From contig JAPSGB010000065.1 in the NCBI GenBank assembly GCA_035063585.1, positions 1 through 14,695 of the forward strand: a stretch of 14,695 nt of DNA, read 5' to 3'. A model generated the notes under the pieces. The model worked only from the letters and a program-made list of their open reading frames with translations, had not been told where the DNA came from and made no database searches. A program made the translations under genes and the position numbers. The DNA comes from Polyangiaceae bacterium (GTDB lineage Bacteria; Myxococcota_A; Polyangia; Polyangiales; Polyangiaceae). Below are positions 1-6,962 of the stretch, piece after piece. The first letter of the stretch is position 1, and every line of letters starts with the position of its first letter.

Positions 1-177
1 GCGGGGGGAGCAGTTGCGAAGCAAGCTGCGGGGGGCCAAGGCCCCCCCGCAAAACCAACCCCGCGGAGCGGCGGGGGGAGCAGTTGCGAAGCAAGCTGCG
101 GGGGGCCAAGGCCCCCCCGCAAAACCAACCCCGCGGAGCGGCGGGGGGAGCAGTTGCGAAGCAAGCTGCGGGGGGCC
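1..177. repeat. 70-bp perfect tandem repeat (2.5 visible copies), REP-like multi-hairpin unit; may extend left of the window
   Basis: 1-70 and 71-140 are identical, and 141-177 repeats the first 37 nt. Internal inverted repeats: gcagttgc-GAA-gcaagctgc (10-29), tgcggggggcc-aa-ggcccccccgca (27-51) and ccgc-GGA-gcgg (61-71). No unique spacers. Confidence 0.95.
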
Positions 178-294
178 CGAGGTGCCTCACCGAGAGCGCT
201 CACCGGTCCCTACGAGAAGGTCGATGCGGCGATGCCGGCGAGACGAGAGCGCTACGAGTGGGCGAGCGAGGATCGAGCGCAGTAGGCTCGGTCC

Positions 295-537
295 GTGTCC
301 CGCGCCATCAAGCGACAGTCTCTTCGAGACGCCCGCGGGAGGACTTGGCAGATCGCCCTCGTTCCGACCTCTCGAGCCGCCGCAGAGGACTCCCGCTTCT
401 GGTGGGAGGAGCTGACGCCGGAGGCGCGAGTGATGGCCGTAGCGAGCTGCCTCGAGAGCGCGCTCGAGGCACAAGGCAAGGGCGATGTCCCAAGACTTCG
501 AAGAACTGCTCGGATCACTAGACGACGCCGGGGTTAA
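295..537 (+). CDS. Small 80-aa hypothetical protein, probable partner of the downstream nucleotidyltransferase
   Basis: GTG start 6 nt after a TAGGCT -10-like hexamer (283-288). Carries an ED-x-x-FW-x-x-x-TPEAR-x-x-A-x-x-x-x-L motif that I recognise from small ORFs preceding this NTase type. Basic C-terminus overlaps the NTase start by 53 bp. Confidence 0.7.
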   Translation: MSRAIKRQSLRDARGRTWQIALVPTSRAAAEDSRFWWEELTPEARVMAVASCLESALEAQGKGDVPRLRRTARITRRRRG

Positions 538-955
538 GTATCTCATCGGTGGGGCGCACGCGCTGGCGCTCCACGCCCGGCCTCGCGCCACGAAGGATTT
601 GGAGCTCTTCGTCGCACCCACGCGCGCGAACGCGATGCGCTTCATCGAGGCCCTCACCGTCTTCTTTGGGACGAAGCCGCCGAGCTCCGTCTCTGTGAAG
701 AACCTGCTCGATCCCGATACGATCCTTCAGCTCGGAGTCGCGCCCGTGAGGGTGGATGTGCTGTCGGCGTTCGCGACGATCTCGTTCTCCGAAGCGTGGC
801 GAGCGCGCCGTGACGCCCGCTTCGGGGCCGTGCCGGCCCACTTTCTTGGGCGCGCGCACCTGATTCAGGAGAAAGTTCACTTCGATCGGCCCCAGGATCG
901 GGCTGACGTCGCCGCGCTCCTCGCAGCGCCGACGAGGAAGAAGCGGAAGCGGTGA
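485..955 (+). CDS. Small nucleotidyltransferase, DNA Pol-beta superfamily (DUF6036-like)
   Basis: DFEELL..L...GVKYLIGGAHALALHARPRATKDLELFV fits the hG[G/S/A]-x9-13-Dh[D/E]h signature. Third acidic residue in VRVDVL. C-terminal LIQEK...RPQDRAD motif. Confidence 0.85.
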   Translation: MSQDFEELLGSLDDAGVKYLIGGAHALALHARPRATKDLELFVAPTRANAMRFIEALTVFFGTKPPSSVSVKNLLDPDTILQLGVAPVRVDVLSAFATISFSEAWRARRDARFGAVPAHFLGRAHLIQEKVHFDRPQDRADVAALLAAPTRKKRKR

Positions 956-1093
956 TTCGCCCAATCCCGCGCCGCCCATCCCGTTGGAGCGTCGAGTGCC
1001 GTAGGGGCTGCCCGTCGAGGGGGCGCCCGCGCGCTCCCGCCCAAAACTGGCCCGAATCTTCCGGGGGCGGTAGCGGTGGGTCAGAGCTCAACC

Positions 1094-1933
1094 ATGGACT
1101 CCGTCAACGTCCGCAACCTCGAGCAAATCCAGGAGCAGGATCCCCGCCGGCGCTCCGGTCGGCTCGGCACGCTCCTCTTGGCCTCCATGGGCGGCGCGGC
1201 GCTGGTCGTGGTCGGGCTCATGAGCGCCAAGCGCAGCGGTCCGCCCGCGAAGTCTCCCGACGACCCGCTCGCCGCGCTGGTTGCGCGCTCGCGCGCCTCG
1301 GCGGAGCTCCCCGCCGAGCAACTCGACGACCGCAACGTGACCTTCCCGGGCATCTTGAGCGACGGCGCGGAGCCGACCACCGCGCTCGCGGTCGTGAAGG
1401 ACGAGCGCGGTCGGCTCGTGAAGCGCGATGACGAGCTGGCGCTCCCGCCCGGCGCGCCGACCGCGCCGCCGCCGCCCACCGACGCGCTGCCGGTCGTGCC
1501 GCTGCCCGCCGGCTCGCTGCTCGAGGCGACGCCGGTGACGACCCAGCCGCAAGACGGGCTCGCCGCGATGGCGAGCGCGGTCTCGAAGGTGCCCGACGGC
1601 GCGGAGCTCGCTCCCGAGGGGAGCGCGGGCGGATTTCAGCTCCAGGTGGCAAGCTTCAAGGAGCAGAAGGACGCCGACGCCTTCGTGCTCGCGCTCCGGC
1701 GTCGCGGTCACCAAGCCTACCGGCAAGCGGCTTACGTCACCGGTCGCGGGCTCTGGCACCGCGTGCGCATCGGGCCGTTCAAGAGCCGCTACCAGGCGGA
1801 CGCCTACAAGACGAAGCTCGACAAGAGCGAGCGCACCGCCGCCTACCTGATCGATCCGCAGAAGGAAGCGCAGGCGCAGGAGGTCTACGACGCGAAGCTC
1901 TCGGCGCGGATCAAGAAGTACGGGCGACCGTAA
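1094..1933 (+). CDS. Membrane-anchored SPOR domain protein (FtsN/DedD-like architecture)
   Basis: Short charged N-terminal tail, one TM segment (LGTLLLASMGGAALVVVGLM), Pro-rich linker and a C-terminal SPOR domain (FQLQVASF...ADAFV..L...GHQAY...WHRVRIGPF...A). ATG 1094 preferred over GTG 1076. Confidence 0.88.
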   Translation: MDSVNVRNLEQIQEQDPRRRSGRLGTLLLASMGGAALVVVGLMSAKRSGPPAKSPDDPLAALVARSRASAELPAEQLDDRNVTFPGILSDGAEPTTALAVVKDERGRLVKRDDELALPPGAPTAPPPPTDALPVVPLPAGSLLEATPVTTQPQDGLAAMASAVSKVPDGAELAPEGSAGGFQLQVASFKEQKDADAFVLALRRRGHQAYRQAAYVTGRGLWHRVRIGPFKSRYQADAYKTKLDKSERTAAYLIDPQKEAQAQEVYDAKLSARIKKYGRP

Positions 1934-1935
1934 CC

Positions 1936-2355
1936 ATGGCGCAGCTCATCCGGTTCGGCGTGGCCATGGAAGCGGGCCTGCTCGACCGCTACGACGCGCT
2001 CATCGCCGCGCGCGGCTACGCGAACCGCTCGGAGGCGCTGCGCGATCTCGTGCGCCGCGAGCTCGACGCCGACGCCTGGCAGCGCGGCCAGCAGACCTGC
2101 GCCACCGTGACCATCGTGTACGATCATCACGTGCGCGAGCTCGTCGAGCGGCTGACCGAGATCCAGCACGATCACGGCAAGTACATCATCTCGACGCTCC
2201 ACGTGCACCTCGATCACTCGCACTGCATGGAGGTCATCGCCGCCAAGGGGCCCGCGCGGGCGCTGAAGGCGATGGCCGACAAGCTCATCGGCACGCGCGG
2301 GGTCGTGAGCGGAAACATCGTGGCGGCCGCGCTGCCGCCGGCGGACGCTCGCTGA
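1936..2355 (+). CDS. nikR: Nickel-responsive transcriptional regulator NikR
   Basis: N-terminal ribbon-helix-helix (RFGVAM...LL...D.....GY.NRSEA.RDLVR). C-terminal ACT-like Ni-binding domain with YDHH, IQH and LHVHLDHSHCMEV (His-x-His...Cys ligands). 139 aa. Confidence 0.96.
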   Translation: MAQLIRFGVAMEAGLLDRYDALIAARGYANRSEALRDLVRRELDADAWQRGQQTCATVTIVYDHHVRELVERLTEIQHDHGKYIISTLHVHLDHSHCMEVIAAKGPARALKAMADKLIGTRGVVSGNIVAAALPPADAR

Positions 2356-2420
2356 GCGCCCGGCCGAGGGCGCGCCGCCGTCGGTCGCGGGCCCGCGCCG
2401 CCGCGACCCCCAGCTCTCAC

Positions 2421-2442
2421 ATATGAGCAAGAATGCTCATAT
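2421..2442. promoter_or_regulatory. Perfect 9-4-9 AT-rich inverted repeat, putative protein-binding site
   Basis: ATATGAGCA-agaa-TGCTCATAT, AT-rich against a very GC-rich background, between the convergent stop codons at 2355 and 2488. The palindrome is certain; the function is inferred. Confidence 0.45.
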
Positions 2443-2487
2443 ATCGACGCGGCCGTCGCCCGTGCGGCGCAGGCGCGGGCGCGGCGC

Positions 2488-3609
2488 TCAGCCCTTCTTG
2501 CCGGCGGTCTTGCGGTCGATCTGCTGCTTGGCGGCCTTGCCGACCGCACCGGCGACGTTCTTGCTCCTAGCGAGCGAGCGGAGATCCCCGTCGCGGAGGT
2601 GAGAGATGAGCCGTGAGGCGAAGCTGAAGGGGGTGCGAGGGTTCGTGACGAGGTTGAGCTTTACCTGGTAATTGCGGGTAAACTCACGATTTTGCGCGAT
2701 GATACGGAGGACGTCCTCGCCCACCATGCGGCTCGCGGCGATGCGCTCCGCCTCGCTCTCGCGCATGGCCGGGCTCTGCACGGCGGCGGCGGCCACCAGG
2801 CGATTGGCGTCGCGGACCAGCAGCATGCGATCGGCGGCGGTCCCCAGCATCGCGCGGCGGATCTTCTGGGTCACGGTCATTTGCGCGAGCTGCGCGTAGA
2901 GCGGGAGGAACTTGTCCTTCAGCTTCTCTTCGCCCTCGTCGTCGGCCTCGTGGGTGTCGTCGGCGTCGTCGCCGCCGACGCTCTGCGCGATTCGGTCGGT
3001 GTCGTTGAAGAGCACGTCGTCCGGTGACGGCTCATCCATGGCTTCCATGATGAGCTCGTTCTTGATCGCGGCCGCGGCCTCCTTGAACGCCGGGATCGAG
3101 AGCTCGAGCCCGTTGCGGACCGCGAGCTCGAGCAGTCGATCGGCGGTCGACATCCGCACGCGTTTGTTCAGGTAGAGCTTCTCGATGGCGACCGGGTGAG
3201 CGAGCATGAGCTCTTCGTTGGTGGCGATGAGCTCGCCGGTGCGCTCGGTCGCCATGGTGGCGAGGCGCTCGAGCGCTCCGTCGCCGATGCGCGGCAGCCG
3301 GAGCAGCTTCTCGACCACCTCCGGTTCGGTGCCGTAGCCCTCGGCGAGGAGCTCGATGATCTCCGGCTCGAGATCGCTCGCGAGCGCGCCGGTGAGGACG
3401 GGCGCGGGGAGCTTGCGGAGCGTCTCGCCGGCGACGCGAGCGAGCTCGGCGTCGGCGTCCGCGGCGAGGAGCGCCACCACCGTCACGAGGTCGCCCGGCC
3501 GGAGCCCCGGGATCACGCCCTTGGCCGCCATCGCGCGGAGCGGCGCGGGCGCGTCTGCGGAGAGCACGCGCCGCGCGGGGACCGGGAGCGCGGAGACGTC
3601 GATAGTCAT
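2488..3609 (-). CDS. Conserved hypothetical alpha-helical repeat protein (leucine-rich-repeat-variant/HEAT-like)
   Basis: 373 aa with host-like GC3 codon bias. Two helical regions separated by an acidic linker (DDADDTHEADDEGEE). The C-terminal block QMTVTQKI..AM.G....R.LLVRD.N..V...YQVKLNLV.NP.TP...L.RSKNV resembles a family I know from Deltaproteobacteria-type genomes. Confidence 0.85.
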   Translation of the reverse strand: MTIDVSALPVPARRVLSADAPAPLRAMAAKGVIPGLRPGDLVTVVALLAADADAELARVAGETLRKLPAPVLTGALASDLEPEIIELLAEGYGTEPEVVEKLLRLPRIGDGALERLATMATERTGELIATNEELMLAHPVAIEKLYLNKRVRMSTADRLLELAVRNGLELSIPAFKEAAAAIKNELIMEAMDEPSPDDVLFNDTDRIAQSVGGDDADDTHEADDEGEEKLKDKFLPLYAQLAQMTVTQKIRRAMLGTAADRMLLVRDANRLVAAAAVQSPAMRESEAERIAASRMVGEDVLRIIAQNREFTRNYQVKLNLVTNPRTPFSFASRLISHLRDGDLRSLARSKNVAGAVGKAAKQQIDRKTAGKKG

Positions 3610-3897
3610 ACGAGCCGCGTACTCTAGCCGAGGCGCGGCGCTCGAGACACCTCGCGAGGGCGGGGGTGCCGGTCCGGCGCGGCCGGCGGCGCGGCGACCG
3701 GGCCGCGGCTGCGGAGCGAACCGAGAGCGCTAGGCCCCCGGAAATGAGTAGGACCCGCGCCGTGCTTCGCGGTCACCTCGGCGCGCGTGGGCTACCGCCC
3801 CCGGGCTAGCCATCGGCCGGTTGCGCTCGGAAGCCCCGGCCACTATCTTCCCGTGACTTTGGCATCGTAGGCGCCCCCGGCGCCGTGGAGGACACGC

Positions 3898-5208
3898 ATG
3901 GGCATCATGGACTTCGTCAAGGGCGGTGTGCAGCAGATGATGATCGCGCGTGACGACGCGCACAAAGATCAGGTCGTCTACAAGCACCCGGACCAGAACT
4001 TCCCGTTCTGGAGCCAGCTCACCGTCGACTCGGACGAGGTCGCGCTGTTCTTCAAGGATGGCCAGTACGTGGGCGCGCTCGGGCCCGGGCGTCACACCCT
4101 GCAGACGCAGAACATCCCCTTCCTGAACACCCTCGTGAACAGCTTCACGGGCGGCAACGTGTTCATCTCCGAGCTCTACTTCGTCACTACCCGCCCCCTC
4201 TACGGGCTCGGGTTCGGCGGCCCGATCGGCTCGATGCGCGATCCGGAGCTCGACATCCGCGTGAACCCTCGCGCGTTCGGCAAGTACTCGTACCGGGTCA
4301 TGGATCCGGTGAAGCTCATCCTCGAATTCATCGGCCAGACGGGCGCGGCGAACCCCGACAAGGCCATGGACTGGGTCCGCGACCAGCTCATGATGGGCCT
4401 CAAGGTGACGCTCACCCGGCTCATCAAGTCGGGCGACCTCACCATGATGGACCTCGGCGAGGCGGGCCCCGACGTCGCCCGCTCCATCGTGCAAGACTGC
4501 CCCGATCTCCTGAAGTGCGGCATCCAGGTGCTCGAGGTCACCGGCCTCAACATCAACGTCTCGGACGAAGATCAGAAGCGGATCGACGAGTTTCAGGATC
4601 AGATCGTCCAGGCCAAGCTCGACGCCCGCAAGGCCAAGATCGGCATCGGTCAAGCCGAGGCCGAGGCGCAGCAGCGCCAGTACCAGCTCGATCAGGACTT
4701 CGCGAACCGCGCCCGCTACATCAACCAGCTCGACATGAACCGCTACCAGCAATACGCGGGCGCCGAGGCCACCATGGGCCTCGGTCAGGGCCTCGCGCAG
4801 GGCGGAGACGGCGCGTCGATGGGTCTCGCCGGCGCCGGCATGGCCGGCGGCATGGGCCTCGGCGCGGGCATGATGTACGGCGGCCGCATGGGCGGTGGTT
4901 ACCCGCCGCCCGGTTACGGCGCGCCCCCCGGATACCCGCCGCCTGGCTACGGCGCGCCCCCCGGATACCCGCCGCCCGGCTATCCGCCGCAGCAGGGCTA
5001 CCCGCAGCAGGGCTACCCGCAGCAGGGCTACGGCGCGCCGCCTGGCTACCCGCCGCCGGGCGATCCGCAGGCGGCGGCCGCCGCCCCGCAACCCCCGGCG
5101 CCCGGCGCCCCGCAGGCGGCGCCCGCCGGCGCGAAGTGCGCGAAGTGCGGGGTGACCAACGGCGGCGGCTCCAAGTTCTGCGCCGAGTGCGGTACCCCCC
5201 TCGCGTGA
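3898..5208 (+). CDS. SPFH/Band-7 (YdjI-like) protein with PPGY low-complexity region and C-terminal zinc ribbon
   Basis: GGAGG RBS at 3887-3891. Motif SQLTV...EVALFFKDG....LGPGRHTL.T.NIPFL...F..ELYFV, then a coiled-coil-like segment, a Gly/Met-rich stretch, PPGY/PQQGY repeats and CAKC...KFCAECG. Confidence 0.92.
   Translation: MGIMDFVKGGVQQMMIARDDAHKDQVVYKHPDQNFPFWSQLTVDSDEVALFFKDGQYVGALGPGRHTLQTQNIPFLNTLVNSFTGGNVFISELYFVTTRPLYGLGFGGPIGSMRDPELDIRVNPRAFGKYSYRVMDPVKLILEFIGQTGAANPDKAMDWVRDQLMMGLKVTLTRLIKSGDLTMMDLGEAGPDVARSIVQDCPDLLKCGIQVLEVTGLNINVSDEDQKRIDEFQDQIVQAKLDARKAKIGIGQAEAEAQQRQYQLDQDFANRARYINQLDMNRYQQYAGAEATMGLGQGLAQGGDGASMGLAGAGMAGGMGLGAGMMYGGRMGGGYPPPGYGAPPGYPPPGYGAPPGYPPPGYPPQQGYPQQGYPQQGYGAPPGYPPPGDPQAAAAAPQPPAPGAPQAAPAGAKCAKCGVTNGGGSKFCAECGTPLA
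4897..5061 (+). repeat. Coding low-complexity repeats (GYPPPGYGAPP and PQQGY units)
   Basis: Two imperfect 33-bp units and three 15-bp ccgcagcagggctac units, in frame within the SPFH gene. Confidence 0.85.
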
Positions 5209-5288
5209 GCCTCGGCCACGGCCGGCGGTCGCGGCGCGCGTCGCGTCGGCCGGCCCGGCGCGTCCGGTGCTAGGCTCCACGAGCCGCC

Positions 5289-6893
5289 GTGGATGACACG
5301 CGAATAGAGTTCGGCGCGGCGCGCCGGGACGAGGCGCGCGCGCCCGCCGACGTAGACGTCGAACGCGAGCGGCACCGCTGCGCGAGCTGCGGTCAGCGGT
5401 TCTCGGGCAGCGCCCGCTTCTGCCCCTTCGACGGCGCGCCGCTCGAGCCAGCCCCCGCGGAGGCTCCCGAGGCAGATCCGCTGCTCGGCCAGACGCTCGA
5501 CGGCCGCTACCAGGTCGAGGCCGCGCTCGGCGAGGGCGGCATGGGGGTCGTCTATCGCGCGCGCCACGTGCGGCTCGGGCGCGCGTTCGCCGTGAAGGTG
5601 CTGAAGCGCGAGCTCGCGCTCGACAAGGAGCTCTCCGCCCGCTTCATCCAGGAGGCGCGCGCCGCCGCCGCCGTCACCCACGCGAACGTGGTCCAGATCA
5701 CCGACTTCGGCGAGCTCCCGTCGGGGCAACCGTACTTCGTGATGGAGCTCCTCGAGGGCCGGTCGCTGAGCGCCCTCATCCGCCGCGGCGGCCCGATCCC
5801 GGCGGCGCGCGCGGTCCGGATCGTCCGCCAGGTCGCCGACGCGCTCGACGCGGCGCACGGCGCCGGCATCGTCCACCGCGATCTCAAGCCGGACAACATC
5901 CACGTGGGCGCCGCGATCGGTGACCGCGATACGGTGAAGGTGCTCGATTTCGGGCTCGCCAAGGTCGCGGGCGCGAGCCGCCTCACGCGCGCCGGGGTGG
6001 TGTTCGGGACGCCGAGCTACATGAGCCCCGAGCAAGCCTCCGGCGAGGCCGTCGATCATCGCGCGGACGTCTACGCGCTCGGCGTGGTGATGTACGAGAT
6101 GTTCACCGGTCGGGTCCCGTTCGAGGCGGACACCTACATGGGCGTGCTCACCAAGCACATGTACATGGCGCCGGTGCCGCCGAGTCGGCTCATCGAGGCC
6201 GGGCACGAGCTCGGCGCGCTCGAGGACGTCACCCTCCGATGCCTCGAGAAGAAGCCGGCGCAGCGCTTCCCGTCGATGCGCGCGCTCATCGAGGAGCTCG
6301 ACCGCGTCACCCGCTGGGCGGACGACGGCTCGCTCGACGTGATGGGCGGCGCGCCGAGCTCGACGCGCCGCCAGCGCTCGCTGCTCGCCGACGAGCTCGA
6401 GCCGCCGACCGCCGAGGAGCTCCGGGTCGAGCAGCGACTCGCGCGCCGGGAACGGCCGCGCTCCCGCGCGCGGGTGCTCCTCGGGGTGGGGTGCCTGTTC
6501 GGCGTGGCCGGCGTCGCGCTCGCGGGGCTCGCGCGGTGGCGCTCGGAGGCGCCCGCGCCCGCGGGCGCCGCTCCGCCGCCCGAGGTCGCGCGCGTGCCGC
6601 TCGAGCCCGGGAGCCTCGCGCCGGTCGGGACGCCGGCGCGCACGCTCCCGAGCGCCGCCGCGCCGCCGGCTTCGGCCGCGCCGCTGGCTTCGGCCGCGCC
6701 GCCGGCTTCGGCCGCGAGCCCGGCCCTGGGCTCGCCCGCCGCGAGACGGGCCGCGCCGCGCGCCTCGGGCCTACCTGTCGCGGCCGCGCGCCCGCGCCCG
6801 AGCGGTTCCGCGCCGGACCAACCCCCCTCGGCGCCGCCCGCCCGGCCGACCCAGCTCGGCGGCGGCGAGGTCGTCGATCCGTGGGCGGAGTGA
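5289..6893 (+). CDS. Hanks-type Ser/Thr protein kinase with N-terminal zinc ribbon, TM segment and Pro/Ala-rich tail
   Basis: CASC...FCPFDG, then [32 protein letters not shown] and DVYALG. TM segment [20 protein letters not shown]. The GTG start is uncertain. Confidence 0.95.
   Translation: MDDTRIEFGAARRDEARAPADVDVERERHRCASCGQRFSGSARFCPFDGAPLEPAPAEAPEADPLLGQTLDGRYQVEAALGEGGMGVVYRARHVRLGRAFAVKVLKRELALDKELSARFIQEARAAAAVTHANVVQITDFGELPSGQPYFVMELLEGRSLSALIRRGGPIPAARAVRIVRQVADALDAAHGAGIVHRDLKPDNIHVGAAIGDRDTVKVLDFGLAKVAGASRLTRAGVVFGTPSYMSPEQASGEAVDHRADVYALGVVMYEMFTGRVPFEADTYMGVLTKHMYMAPVPPSRLIEAGHELGALEDVTLRCLEKKPAQRFPSMRALIEELDRVTRWADDGSLDVMGGAPSSTRRQRSLLADELEPPTAEELRVEQRLARRERPRSRARVLLGVGCLFGVAGVALAGLARWRSEAPAPAGAAPPPEVARVPLEPGSLAPVGTPARTLPSAAAPPASAAPLASAAPPASAASPALGSPAARRAAPRASGLPVAAARPRPSGSAPDQPPSAPPARPTQLGGGEVVDPWAE
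6657..6716 (+). repeat. 18-bp coding tandem repeat (AAPPAS) x3.3
   Basis: gccgcgccgccggcttcg / gccgcgccgctggcttcg / gccgcgccgccggcttcg / gccgcg in the kinase tail. Confidence 0.85.
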
Positions 6894-6962
6894 CGGCGCG
6901 GGCGCGGATGGGGTAAACGAAGCTCGGATGAGTTCGTGCTATTGACGGTGGGCGGGTAGCGC

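Noticed and set aside
1..177. CRISPR array
   Set aside because: The units are fully identical with no variable spacers, and there are no cas genes in the window.
14..521. ORFs 14..415 and 84..521 starting within the repeat
   Set aside because: TTG starts inside the repeat, low-complexity translations, and overlap with the better-supported 295..537 ORF.
595..606. D-L-E instead of D-x-D as evidence of an inactive nucleotidyltransferase
   Set aside because: The Pol-beta superfamily consensus allows D or E at this position.
3860..3874. Sigma-54 promoter (TGGCAT...GC) upstream of the SPFH gene
   Set aside because: GG-N10-GC spacing is present but the TTGC -12 element is missing, so a chance match is likely at this GC content.
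3730..5280. Long antisense ORFs (3730..5280, also 5046..6206, 7710..9506, 9344..10342 and 10312..11802)
   Set aside because: Shadow ORFs expected from GC3-biased codon usage on the opposite strand. They are Arg/Gly-rich and have no recognisable motifs.
6916..6947. Imperfect hairpin and TTGACG as a terminator or promoter before the response regulator
   Set aside because: The stem is short and bulged with no U-tract, and TTGACG has no correctly spaced -10 element before the start.
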